From assembly GCF_964194155.1 (NCBI RefSeq), contig NC_135879.1, forward strand, positions 128,712,001-128,776,000: a stretch of DNA of 64,000 nucleotides, given 5' to 3'. The notes below the pieces were generated by a model. The model was not told the DNA's origin. It made no database searches and was given only the letters and a program-made list of their open reading frames with translations. Positions 1-12,399 of the stretch are shown in pieces. Every line of letters begins with the position of its first letter. The first letter of the stretch is position 1. This DNA is from Cetorhinus maximus (taxonomy: Eukaryota). A program made the position numbers and the translations under genes.

Positions 1-795
1 CGCAATCAACAGACTACCTGAAGTGGTCATATCAGACAATGGAACAGTATTCACGAGTGCTGAATTTCATGATTTGTCAGCCTCAATGGTATTACTCATG
101 TGAAAACTTCACCATACCACCCTTCTTCAAATGCACTGGCCGAGAGAGCAGTTCAGACGTTCAAATCTGGTATGAAGAAATTGTCTGGAGATTCTATAGC
201 GACTAAATTAGCATGTTTTCTTTTCTATTATAGAACCACCCCTCATACAACAACAGGTGCCACACCTGAAGTGCCATCTCTGAATGAGATTGAACCTAAT
301 TATGCCGAACTTGGGAGGGGGGAGGTGGAAAGGAGTCAGGGAAGTCAGAAAATTGGGCATGACTGTCACAGTCGTGACACGACATTTAACGTAGGAGGGA
401 AAGTATTTGTGAAAAATTTTAGAGAAGAACCAACATATTTGTTTGATGAGATAAGTACAGTAATGGGACCTCTTTCTTATCACGTGAAAGTGGAAGATCA
501 AGTCATATGGAGACATGTGGATCATATAAGAGGAGAAACAAAATACCCAGAAATGATTCCACCAGTGTTCATGGCTGAATCAACGTCTCCTGTTGAATGA
601 ACTCAATTGAGTACAGATGTGTCTGAAGGCTTGACTGTATCTGAAAGTGTCGAAGAAACAGATTTGCAGGTACCTACTGAAGAGCCAGATGCTCAAACAA
701 CTACAGTGAGGGAGGTTCCAGATCAAACATCAGAAGCTGTAGTGCTGAAACATTCTACACGCATAAGGAAACTCTCAGAAAGACTGACTTTGTAA
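1..795 (+). mobile_element. Ty3/Gypsy LTR retrotransposon, 3' part of pol (integrase), decayed
   Basis: Integrase catalytic-core motifs PEVVISDNGTVFTSAEF (from ~17) and, after a frameshift, SPYHPSSNALAERAVQTFK...YRTTPHTTTG and WRHVDHIR (ORF 100-600). Followed by a polypurine tract and LTR start. Confidence 0.9.
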
Positions 796-1010
796 ATTAT
801 TGATCTGTGTGAATAATTTGATATTTTGAGAAAAATAGTAAAATGTATTTCTGAGTAAAGGGGGAGGGATGTAGTAATCTGATGTGTAATATACCTTTAA
901 GACAAACGTTGTAATGTAAGATCACATGATCTTAATACCCAATAGCAAAGTAGCGCGGGCTACCTCTGTAGTCAGTAGTCTTGAGTTAGAATCTGAAGAG
1001 TAAAGGCAGA

Positions 1011-2688
1011 GGCCCATAACTTCCAAGTTCCCCAGCGTTGGATTTCGGGGTACCCCAAAGATGCGCTGGGGTACACCTCTGGTAAGTTCCCAGGTAAGGA
1101 TTTGCACGGCAATTGCCCAGAAGCGCTAACTTCCTCTGGGCAATTGCGCTGCACTGGGAACCATCTGAAAATGCGATATAAATCACAAACTTCAATGGTT
1201 CCACCAGGGTTACACCAATAGTTACACAAAAAAAATTAGAAGAATTAAAACCCCTTCTAACTTCTGGGTAACTATTGTAAACACCGACACCGACCCCAAA
1301 GGACTCCCCCACATCTACACACCCCCCACGGGACTCCCCCACTGACCTCCGACAACCCCACCTCCCCCCCCAACCGATCTCAGCACCCCCTGCTCTAACT
1401 TCAGAAACCCCCCCTGACCTCGGACCCCGACCCCGCCCGCACCCCCCCACCCCCGATCTCGGACCCTGACCCCTCTGCACTTCGGACCCCTCACTCAGAC
1501 CTTGGACACCCAACCTCTGAACGTCCCCCTCTCCCCCCGACCTCTTGACTCCCCCTCCAGCCGACCTCCAAACCGCCCCCCCTCCGACATCCAGACCCCC
1601 CTCCCCCACTCAACCTACGCACCCCCGACAATCTTTGCCCCTCCCCACCCACCCTGACCTCCAAACACCACCGCCACCACCCTAAACCTCGGACCCCCCG
1701 ATCTCCAGACCCCCAGACCTCCAGGCACACGCCCACTCCCCCCACAGACACCTCCCGCACCTTCCAGACACCCCCAACTCTCCTCCCCCTCCAGGCACCC
1801 CTCAACCTCCAGACACTCTCCCAACCCGGCCCGGCCCCAGCCTCCAGACAACCCCCACCACTCCCCTGATCTCCGGACAACCCCCCACCCTCTGGAGGCT
1901 CATGACATCCCCCACCCGCCTGGACACCAAACTGACCTTCGGACGCCCCCTTCCACCCGACCTCCGGATCCCCTGCCAACCTCCAGAACCACATCCCCCT
2001 CCCGACCTTTGCCCCCACCCAGCCTTTGCACCTCCCCACCCACCCCAACCTCCGAACCACCCCACCATCCCCACAGACCTCAGACCCCCCGACCTCCGGG
2101 CCTACACACCCTCCCACACTGACCTCCGGACACCCCCCCACACCCACCTTTCAGGAACCCCCCCAACCTCTGGACACCCCCCACTCCCCTCAACCTCTGG
2201 AGGCCCCCTCACCCCCCTTCTGACAACCGGACACCACCCCACCTCCCCCAAACCTCCGGACACCCCCCACCTCCAAACACCCACCCCAGTCACCGCAACC
2301 TCCGCATACGTCCCCCCCAATCTTCGGACACCCACCCCCCCGACCTGCGGACAACCACCCCCGACCTTCGGACACCCCCCCATCTCCCCCTCTACATCCT
2401 ATCTACTTACCTCAGGCACTTATCTTCCCCCTGGCCTGTCAATTTCCCTGGCCCTTTAAACTTACCTGCTTTACGGCAGCAAGTGCTGTAAAAAAGGAGG
2501 CGTGATCTCTTTGAATACGCTGGATCTAAACTTCGCCGGGGCCTGCGAGGATTCTTTCGATGCAGGCCCCAAGCAGATCCAGCGAATGGAAGTGGCAATG
2601 CAATTTTCAACACTTAGGTAAGTGTGCATTTATTTCTTCTAATTTCTGCAGGCCAGCACTTTCCAACGCTAGTCGGAAGTTATGGCCC
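1011..2688. mobile_element. Non-autonomous TIR DNA transposon (PIF/Harbinger-like) with a C-rich low-complexity core
   Basis: TIRs GGCCCATAACTTCC (1011-1024) and GGAAGTTATGGCCC (2675-2688), one mismatch. 3-bp duplication AGA at 1008-1010 and 2689-2691. Confidence 0.8.
1285..2400. repeat. C-rich degenerate tandem/low-complexity tract (units like GACCTCCGGACACCCCC)
   Basis: Strong C/G strand skew with dozens of C3-C8 runs; source of the Gly- and Pro-rich ORFs in the track. Confidence 0.9.
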
Positions 2689-3321
2689 AGAGTTTTGATT
2701 TGTAAGCACACAAGTGCAGCTGCTGAGTTCCTTTTGTAAATAAACAGAATCTGTTTCTTCTAAGAACGGTCTACTGATCTCTATTTGGTACCAACTCGGT
2801 CACACTGAAACAAGCATGCAACCTGGATCCTTTAGCCCCAACAAACCAGGGCACTGGATCCAACACATGTACAACCAATTTCTTCCACTCTTTTATGGTC
2901 AGTAAATCCTCCTTGAGGTCATTTCCTTTTCTTTTTTGCTTCCATGCAGAGTGTTATTAATTTATACGTTTCTCTCTATAGCATACTGCCCATTCCTAGC
3001 TGCAACACTTTCCAACTCAGCTGGGAAAGAAAATATTCAACAGAAAAACACATATACCTAGCAACTTTTATCAATTCCACTAACATGTCACTCCTATGAA
3101 GTGTCATATTTTGGTTTAAGATCATTCATTTCTTCTTTCCTTTTCAAAGATATCTACAGAATTGTAACAGAACATATATCCTATCAGATACACAGGCACC
3201 GGGACAGAATGTGTCATAATTGTACTTGCATCTAATCATTCCAACTCCATGTTGTCATATCGCATTTTTTTTTTAACCTTACGCAGCTTGTTTCTCCTCT
3301 GATTTGGCTACAACTGCTCAG

Positions 3322-3353
3322 ATGGGGTGCAGGTGCTGCAGAATGATAAAAAG
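3322..3353 (+). CDS. PGCKA1: PGCKA1/C4orf19-like protein, first coding exon (MGCRCCRMIK-R)
   Basis: Acceptor TTTTTTAACCTTACGCAG ends at 3286; ATG at 3322; donor AG|GTAAGA at 3354 (phase 2). The peptide matches my recollection of the human C4orf19 N-terminus MGCRCCKIIQS, and the phase fits the exon at 5912. Confidence 0.88.
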
Positions 3354-3848
3354 GTAAGAAAAATACACAATTTTGGACAGAATTTATTCAGGAAGGTGTT
3401 AAGTGCATTTGCTTGCTCAGACTGTACATTAGTCTTAGCATCTTTTTTGACCTAGGCCTGAGCTCAAACCCCAAATACGAACCATCAAGGTTACTTAGCT
3501 CCACCCCCACAACATCACCAAACACTTTAGTCTCATTCTCAACTCTGTTGAAACCCTGATCTGTTATCCATCATTACAAGCTTCTTTGGATGTGAAACTA
3601 CAGGGTCCCTGCTCCGCTGCCAGAATTCGGACTCACAGGGATGAAGATAGTCAGGGCAAGGGGCTTATTCCCACAGGCACAACAGAGGCATCTGATCTGA
3701 CTGCTCAGGCAGAAGGTATCGTTGTGATTTTTTAGTTCCAGCCTTACAGTTCTTCCCAGTAATCCCACTTTTGTGTATCCCAAACCAACGTTGATGGAAA
3801 AGCTATCAGTCATCACCTATTTTCGAAAACTTTCTACAAAAAACAGTA

Positions 3849-5347
3849 GGCCCGTAGCTCCCAAGCTCTGGGGTGTCGTAGCTGGGCGGTATCCCAAAGA
3901 TGCACAGGGGGACACCCACACCCCCGCACCCCACCCCAAAAGTCCCCACGTAAGGATTGCACAGCACTTGGCCAGGCAGTTCAAACTTCCGCTGGGCAAT
4001 TGCCCTACAATGGGAACCATCCTAAAGGACAATATAAATCACAAACTTCAGATGGTTCTGACTGTCTTACAGTAATAGTTACCCAGAAAGAGTTAGAATT
4101 AAAACCACGTCTAACTTCTGAGTCACCATACTACCGACCCATCCCATAAGACCATAAGACACAGGAACAGAAGGAGGCCATTCGGCCCATTGAGTCAGCT
4201 CCGCTATTCATTGAGAACATGGCTGATCTGATAATCCTCAACTCCACTTTCCTGCCTTTTCCCCATAACCATTGATTCCCTTACTGATTATAAATCTGTC
4301 TATCTCAGCCTTGAATATACTTAACCACCCAGCCTCTACAGCCCTCTGCGGTAAAGAATTCCACAGATTGACTACCCTTTGGGAGAAGAAATTCCTCCTC
4401 AGCTCTGTTTTAAATGGGTGCCCCCTTATTCTGCAATTATGCCCTCTAGTCCTAGACTCTCCTACAAGGGGAAACAACCTCTCAACATCTACCTTGTCAA
4501 GCCCCTAAGAATCTTATATGTTTCAATAAGGTCGCCTCTCATTCTTCTAAATTCCAATGAGTACAGGCCCAACCTATTCAACCTCTCCTCGTAAGAAAAT
4601 CCCTCCATCCCCGGGATCAACCTAGTGAACCTTCACTGGACTGCCTCCAATGCCAGTATATATTTCCTTAGATAAGGAAAGTGCCTCCCGAGCCTCTAAG
4701 GGACTCCCTCCACCTGCCCAAAATCCTGACTTCCCCCCAGCACCCCACTAAACTCCCAGGCCTCCTGACTACCTCCTCAATTCCCCACCGGAACCCCTGA
4801 CTGCTCTCTCCACCCCCAACTATACCTACGACCCCCAACAGGACCCCCAGCCACCCTTCCCCTCAACTAATCTCCCTAGCAACTACCCTCCCCACCTACC
4901 ACACTGACCACCACCCCCCTCACTGATCACCGCCTTGATCTGCTGAAGCCCCACTGACCACCCCACCACTGACCATCCAACCCCACCGTCCCACTGACCA
5001 CTCCCGACTCCACCTTCCCTCACCCAAGCCTAGCCCCTTCCGCCATCTCCGCCCCCCCCCCTCCAAGCCTAGCCCCTTCCGCCATCCTACCCACTTACGT
5101 TACCTTCTCCCTGGCTTTTCAAAATGGCTGGATCTTTAAACCTACCCGCTTTATGGCAGCTGGTGCCGTAAAAAAGGGGCATGTCTTCCTTACCTTCAAC
5201 TCAGCTGCCCTCAACACAAGGCTGCACTACACTATCCTCACCCAGCCTGAGGTTGGGCAAGAAAGGAGCAGCTGCATTTCAAGGTAAAAAACCAGCAGTG
5301 GAGTGACAATCTGACCCTGATTTCCACTGCACCAAAGTTACAGCCCC
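3849..5347. mobile_element. Second, more diverged copy of the 1011-2688 TIR element family, in the PGCKA1 intron
   Basis: 3950-4130 aligns with 1095-1275 (GTAAGGATT..GCAC, GGGCAATTGC, ATATAAATCACAAACTTCA). 5135-5185 aligns with 2455-2505. C-rich core present. Interrupted by a CR1 fragment. Confidence 0.7.
4145..4680 (-). mobile_element. CR1 LINE 3' fragment
   Basis: ORF2 C-terminal peptide FPLVGESRTRGH...FFSQRVVNLWNSLP and a terminal CTTATGGT-type repeat on the - strand. Confidence 0.9.
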
Positions 5348-5574
5348 AACCTCGAAGAGCCTCCAGAAAACTCACATCTTAAATCAAGACTTCCCTGACC
5401 TCCCAACTGTCCATTCCATTCTTCCTCTAAATTGGCTTTAGGGCATTTCTGCACATTAAGGCAATTTATCAATGTCAGGTTTTGCCTATCTGCTGGGGAG
5501 GAAAGTACTCTGTCTGATATTACATCACATTAATACATTTCTACTTTACACAACATTTCCCCGTCATTAATGTT

Positions 5575-5750
5575 TCTCTACTGAGGAGACTCAGCCTTGC
5601 GCTGCAGTACATTCACACTGGCTGCTGCAACACACTAGTATAAACTGTTCAACAGTGGTTAACTCAGCACCAATCAGGGTTTGAACCTTGGAACCATCTT
5701 GTCTGTATAGCTCACACTATATGACAGATTAGTTCACTGAGCTAACAACA
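5575..5750 (-). mobile_element. Old tRNA-derived SINE head fragment
   Basis: The - strand reads TAGCTCAGTG...GGTTCAAACCC (A-box/B-box like) without a convincing cloverleaf. Confidence 0.45.
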
Positions 5751-5911
5751 GAACCAAAGAGAGAGACTTTGATCCTATCGGCCTTTCTCGGAGGTGAAAG
5801 GGCAGGGTGATAATACCTTCCACCACATCACCCACCCTTAACACTTGCTTAACAAGTATGTCATCCTTTCAAAAATAAACACGTAAGGCAGCAATTTTTT
5901 TGTTGTTTCAG

Positions 5912-6752
5912 GTATATCTTTGGACCAGCTATTATAAGAGAACTACCACCCGACAGTGTGAAAAATGAAAAGAATTACAGAAACAATGAAATTAAACACG
6001 AGATGTCATTCCAAAACAGGAATGCCAAAACCAACAATATCTTTGCTTCAACTTTGGACAAAGTGATAAACTTGGAAGAACAAAATGTAGAAATCATAGG
6101 AAAGGAAATTCATGTATCAGAAAAGAATATAACACGTGTCCAAGAGAAAACACTGGAAGATATCTATGACAACACTGACAATGGTGCAGTGTGCACATTG
6201 AATAATAAATTAGGACATCCAGGGTCTTACACAGTTCCAGAACAAGCCGCTAATACAGATAATTGTTCCTCAAACAATAACTTAAAAGATATATCTAAAG
6301 GTGAACTAGTGCAGCACCATGACCCTGAAACAGAAAGCGGTTGTCATACAATCAATGGACCATCCACACAACATCCCGCTGAAGCGGAAAACATGCAAGA
6401 AGTATGTGAAGTCCGTCAAGTAGGAGAGAAAACAATTGACAGTAATGAAATTGACATTTTAAATAACACCAAATTGCCACATGTACTAAACAATGAAGTA
6501 ACTCAATGCAATCTGGAAACTGACATGGATGAAAGCAAAAGTTTATCAAACCCATCTTCTGATAAAGTAATGAATACCTTAAATGGGGAGAATGATCTCG
6601 GAAATGATCCTCCTCCTATTGACAGAGAATTCACCAAGGACTTAATTGAAGAAGTGGAACTCAGGATAGAAGGGGAAGATCCAGAGGTGGCAGCTGCACT
6701 TGCAGCACTGGAAGCAGCAACAGCAGGAGAAGACAATGAACTGGAGGACTAG
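5912..6752 (+). CDS. PGCKA1: PGCKA1/C4orf19-like protein, terminal coding exon
   Basis: Acceptor TTTTTTGTTGTTTCAG|G at 5911/5912. Open frame YIFGPAIIRE...EDPEVAAALAALEAATAGEDNELED, stop TAG at 6750-6752. The C-terminal motif matches recalled human EDAAVAEALAALEAATAGED. The joined CDS is 873 nt (290 aa). Confidence 0.9.
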
Positions 6753-6956
6753 GCTAGACTAAACGATCTGTGTCTTACTGAATCACAACTGACTTGAAGC
6801 ATGTAACATAATTTGAGTTTCAAATGACTTCCCAAGTCATTTAAACCTCAAGACTATGAAGTATCTGATTAACATAATGCAAACCAGTTATTGTTTATAA
6901 ACTGAAAACATTGTAAAAGATACAAAGACCAAAAATTCTCAGACCTGCTGAAGTAG

Positions 6957-6962
6957 AATAAA
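6957..6962 (+). terminator. Candidate polyadenylation signal of PGCKA1
   Basis: AATAAA ~205 nt after the stop, with GU/U-rich TGTTGTTTATT ~20 nt downstream. Confidence 0.55.
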
Positions 6963-7439
6963 TGCTGCAGAGCTAACAGCTGTTGTTTATTCTGCTGGAA
7001 TATCTACGGCCAGGGCAAGATCACCTGACTTAGATATTTTTGGTGGGTGACCATTGTCAATTTGGACCATATAGGACCCCACTGTGGGAGGTGGGCGCAG
7101 GGGTGGGGGGAGCCTTCAAAAGATGAAGTAATAATAGCTGCATGGGGAAATGTTGGTGATAGTCCATAACAAGTGTAAATAATGGTGAATAGCTCCCTTT
7201 ACAATGGGGGCGGGGGGCAATCAAAATGCTAGAAGCCATTCCAGGGCCTTGGAAGCCATGAGTCCCAATTTCACTACAACACCTGGACAATTATTCTTTT
7301 CTAGCAACCAAATGAATGAGAAGAAAGGGGCCAGGCAGGAGCTGCAGGAACTCTGGGACAGTCATCTAGCTTGCCGCCCCCTCCCCCCCACCCCTCTTCC
7401 TTATCACTTCAGATAATCTGGGTATGGAGGGATTCATTG

Positions 7440-9560
7440 CCCACTGAGAGAAGGAATTCCTCCTTATCTCTGTCTTAAATGGGCTCTGAGATTATGCCCT
7501 CTGGTCCTAGACTCTCCCACAAGGGGAAACAATCACCCATCATCTACCCTGTCAAGCCCCTAAGAATCTTATATGTTTCAATAAGGTTGCCTCTCATTCT
7601 TCTAAACTCCAATGAGTACAGGCCCAAGCTACTCAACCTCTCCTCATAAGAAAATCCCTCCATACCCGGGATCAACCTAGCGAACCTTCTCTGGACTGCC
7701 TCCAATGCCAGTATATCTTTCCTTAGATAAGGGGACCAAAACTGTTCACAGTATTCTAGGTGTGGTCTAACTAGTGCCTTGCATCGTTTTAGTAAGATTT
7801 CCCTATTTTTATACTCTATTCCCTTTGAAATAAAGGCCAACATTCTATTTGCCTTCTCTATTGCCTGTTGAACTTGTATGTTAGCTTTTTGGAATTCATG
7901 CACGAGGACCCCCAAATCCCTCTGTGCTGCCAAATTATTGACATAAAGCACAAAAAGCAAGGGATCCAGTACTGAGCCTGGTGGAAATCTACTGAAAACA
8001 GCCTTCCAGTTGCAAAAGTACCCATTGGCCACTACCCTTTGCTTCCTACCACTCAGTCAATATTGGATCTAACTTGCTACTTTCCACTGGATCCCATCGG
8101 ATTTTACTTTTCTGACCAGTCTGCCATGTGGGATCTTGTTTAAAGCCTTGCTAAAACCATTGTTGATTGCATCAACTACCCTCATCAGCCCTCCTTGTTA
8201 TTTCCTCAATAATTGCAATTGTTAGTCAGACATAACTTCCCTTCATAAAACAATGCTGACTATTGTTGATTACTCCATGCATTCCTAAACAATGATTATT
8301 ACTGTCCCTCAGAATGTTTTCCAATTATTTGCCCACCACTGAGGTTTGACTGACTAGCCTGTAATTACTCAGCCTATCCATTCCTTCCTTTTTAAACAAT
8401 GGTACAATGCTGGCATCACATCTGTAGCCAGAAAGGTGCTCAGAGCCTCCCTTATTTCCTCCCTTGCTTCTCTTAGCAGCCTGGGTGCATTTTATCCAGG
8501 CCTAATGATTTTTCTACTTTTAAAGATGCTAAATTCCTCACTATTCCTTCTCTCACTATTTCTATCCCTATCCAAAATTTCACACCCCTCCTCCTTAACT
8601 ACAATGTCTGCAGAATCCCCCTATTTTGTGAAAATAGAGGCAAAATATTCACACAAGGTTCCTTTTTGACACTAATTGACCCTGCTCTTTACTTAGTTAT
8701 CCCCTTGCTCATTATGTATTATTAAAATACCTTTAGCTTTTCCTTGATTTTATTTGCTATTAATTTTTCAAGCCCTCTCTTTGTTTTCCTAAGTTCCTTT
8801 GTAATTTTACCCCTGTACTTTCTATATTCTTCTAGGCTTTCTGCAGTTTTGAGCTTTCACTGTCTAACATAAGCTAGGTTTTACCTTGTCCTACCCACCA
8901 TGCTCTTTGACATCCAGGGGTTTAGTTTTGTGAGTCCCACCCTTTTTGTGTGTGTGGACGTATTTGTCCTGAACTTTCTCTATCTCTTCCTAACATGCCT
9001 CCCACTGCTCAGACACTGATTTGTCTTCAGGTAGCTGTTTCCAATCCACTTTTGCTAAATCACATCTGAGCTTAATAAAACTGGCCTTTCTCCACTTTAA
9101 AACTTTGAATCGAGGTCTATCATTGTCCTTTCCCATAGTTGTACTAAATCCAATTTAGATCACTGATTTATGATCACTGGCACCAAAATGCTCTCTCACT
9201 GATACCCTCTCCACCTGCCCAATTTCATTCCCTAAAACTAGTCCAGCATTGCCCACTAAGGTAGCCCTTACTGTGTTTGCTATGTACTGGCGATAGATGG
9301 TTCTCCTGCATGCACTTTTATACCTTTTATACTACTTTTATCCCAGTTAATATAAGGGTAGTTGAAATCCACCCCCCACCCCCCCTATTGTTTTTGAACT
9401 CTTAAGCTGTGGGGTGACCACCGTCTGGGATAAGCTATCTAGTGAACTCTCAGCCTCACAGGTGAACTGCAGTGACACTAGCTGCTGCTCAAGATCCAAA
9501 GCCCGGAGCTCCAGCTCACAACACTTTCTATACTTAGAGTTCCCACATGGCACAGGATGT
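7440..9560 (-). mobile_element. CR1 LINE fragments (ORF2 RT and 3' region; ORF1 N-terminal remnant at ~9400-9560)
   Basis: Peptides QRDLGVLVH...LVRPHLEYCEQFWSPY, GSVLDPLLF, and the ORF1-like CRKCCELELRALDLE. Confidence 0.88.
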
Positions 9561-12139
9561 GCATCTGATGAGAATGAGTTGCCCTACTGTGCTTCTATTT
9601 ATGAGATGACTAGCTACACTTACCAGAAGTAAACTTATGACTTCTCCTTGTTCTGGAAAAAAAAAGTCAGCAGCTCACCAATCACCCCACCCTTCCCTAC
9701 CCCTGGGCCCTCCAATTGAAGACTCTTTTAGTTAAAGAAATCACTTGCAGTTTACTCACCTCATTTACTCATTCTATGCTTGCTGTGAAGTTAGTATTGA
9801 TGTGACTGATGTGAGAATTGGGAGAATCCTCTGGTGTCTGTGCTCCATACTGACTGCCTGAATCCCCTTTTTACATGATTTATGTGGTTGTCTTAAACAA
9901 CAGTTTGTGGCTGAGAATTCAACTTTCTAACCGCCCTTTGTGTAAAAATGCTTTCTAACGGCTCATTTAATTCTTTCAGTTCAACGTTTTTCTATTCAGC
10001 CTCTGGTTCTCCGCTGTATTTAGACACCTTCACCTGGACAGAGAAAGGGGAACCAGTAAATTTCCCTCTATCCTCTTTACAGGCCTCAGCATTGTAACGT
10101 TGGCTCCCTGGTATAAACTGAGTACGTCCTTTGCTGACGCTTATCAGTCCATTTTATTAGAGGTGCATTTCAACCATGTAAACCTCTCTACGGCTCTCCA
10201 GTTAAATTCGAGTGGACACACTGAACAGACCCTTGCAGAAGTTCACCCCCTTCGAATGTCTCTTCGGCTTCGAATGGCTGAGCCATGGTTTATTATTCTA
10301 GCTCTTGATTGGGTTTCCACAAGGCTTTACGCTGTGTGCAACAGAAATTGAAACAGATTAACACAGTCACCAGCGATTATAGCGAGTGCGCATTTGCCCA
10401 CTTGATGGGATGGCCAGTTTAACACGGTAATAATTTCAGTTGCAGTGCCATACATTATTTTGAAAACTTGCCAGCAGCACAGCTTTGTTCCTTTGTATAT
10501 TAATACGTTGAGCTATGAATGTCTTTGACAAAGGACTGTAATCCACAGCACGCACACTGGATCGTTCCAATTAAAGTGTACAGTAAATGAGATGGTTTCC
10601 CTCCAGAGATACAGTTAACATTCACGCTGCCACATTATAGTAAAGGTACATGCAGCTGAAACTATAAGAATAGAGAGAAATGTAACAAAAATAGCCCGGT
10701 ATAATGAGGAGTGTACTAGTGAGCAAGCACAGCTGTTACTACCCGTCATAAACAATGCATTTAAGTTACTGCCGGCAACTTTGAAATTGGTATTAATGCA
10801 AAAACGAAGCTAATGGTTATCGCTTTTTGGCTGATGAAAGCCGTTTTAAAGGTGTATGTTTTTAATTGCTGGGTAAGAAGTAAAATACGATCACGAAAAC
10901 TGCCGTAGAAATGATTGTCCAGAGAAGTGAAGCAATGAAACGTGCTGTGTATGTTGCAAACAAAAATGTACCGACTGTGAATGAAAGCACGTATCATTTA
11001 CTGCATTATTCCCAGAGGAAGTCAGCATTCTGGAATAACAATTCTCAGTAGGGCTTGATCGGGAGTTCTGTATTCCATATTCAATATTGTAAATTGCATT
11101 CGAACTGTTATATAAATTGCGAAATTTTTCTATAACTGACAATGTTTCATGTGAAACTCAATATGCAGCACATTACCGGCTAGTTAATCGAAGCTGCAGG
11201 GGAAAATATCTATCACCTTTCCATTTAGAACTGTTAATGTGAAAAGTATTAACTTATATAAGGAAACAAAATATATTATTAACTGTCTTATTTCTGGGCA
11301 CTTTAGACTATAATAAAATATTTTCTAGAAATTCAAATCCTCCATTAGATTGTAAATTATACTTTTAAAAAGCTCCTCTTTTTAAATATTGCTTACAGGC
11401 AACTGACACTTCGGCAAGAATTTTCTCCAGAAACATTTATAGGGTAGCCAGTGTGAAAACCTCAGTCTCCTCCTTGGTCACGCTCGGGATTTCTTAGTCA
11501 TATTTTCCAATACTGGTTCAATTTAGCGTTCAGGTATTTACTGTAAACATCAAATAAAGCCAAGTTTCAAATTCACACTTAAGAGTTCAATCTCGATGTC
11601 CTGCTCCAGTGGCATCATAAGAGATTCATGCAAGGTACACGAACCCTTTCCCTGCCGGTCAATTTTGGGATATTCCCCTTCTCTAATGGTGCAATGCTAT
11701 CCATATTTATGCATTCGTGATTGGCAACAGGACAAACTGAGGCATTACATTATTGGCATTTTTGTTTCATTGGCTCACCAAGAATAATAGATTCTGGGGC
11801 ACAATTTGGTAGCCTCTGAAAATGGGCACAGGGGTCACATTGACTCGTGCCCATTGCTTCTGATGCAGGAACCCGCGAACTTTATGCTGCATCTTCATTT
11901 ACACAATTGAGTTGTGCAGTCAGGGCTAAGCACAACCTTAAATGATTACCCACCTTGGGCGGGGGGTGTGGGGGCACAAAATTATGAGAGGCTGGCACAA
12001 GTTCACACTAGCCTGCACTATTTAGTCAGGATGCAACTCTGAAAGGACAGATGCATTTTGACTTGAGCAGGTGCTGGAATTAATTCTAGAAGTGAGTTTG
12101 ACCTGGGAACAACACAGGAATGGCAAAACAACTATAATT

Positions 12140-12335
12140 GATTGTTGTAAAAACCCATCTGGTTCATTAATGTCCTTTAGGGAAGGAAACCTAGTCTGGC
12201 TGGCATTTGACTCCAGACCCACACCAATGTGGTTGATTCTTAACTGCCCTCTAAACTGGTCTAGGAAGCCACTCAGGGATGGGGCAACAAATGCAGGCCT
12301 TGCCAGTGATGTACACATCCCATAAAAGAATTAAG
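12140..12335 (+). mobile_element. 3' tail of a second LINE/SINE family
   Basis: Ends GGGCAACAAATGCAGGCCTTGCCAGTGATGTACACATCCC, the same tail as at ~22190 and ~25145 and (inverted) at 62680. Confidence 0.7.
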
Positions 12336-12399
12336 GGGTAAAAAAAAGACAAATCTTTTCCCATTAGCTGACAGTACTAGAGGACAAAGGTTTAATGTT

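Larger units (their letters stand above)
857..2823 (+). mobile_element. Polypurine tract and 3' LTR of the Gypsy element, split by an insertion at 1011-2688
   Basis: AAAGGGGGAGGGA (857-869) is immediately followed by TGTAGTAA (870). LTR-like sequence with AATAAA resumes after 2691. The right end is approximate. Confidence 0.7.

Noticed and set aside
986-2459. Overlapping Gly-rich and Pro-rich ORFs of up to 218 aa
   Set aside because: Artefact of a C-rich tract with few stop codons inside a TIR element; open in several frames on both strands.
5024-5087. 24-bp direct repeat CCAAGCCTAGCCCCTTCCGCCATC, resembling a repeat-spacer unit
   Set aside because: Only two copies, with a poly-C spacer, in a eukaryotic low-complexity tract; a local duplication rather than CRISPR.
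5660-5750. tRNA gene
   Set aside because: Only A/B-box-like motifs of a SINE head; no acceptor stem or cloverleaf. The same applies at ~42310.
5958-6752. 264-aa ORF as a stand-alone gene starting at GTG
   Set aside because: The frame extends to a splice acceptor at 5912 and joins the ATG exon at 3322.
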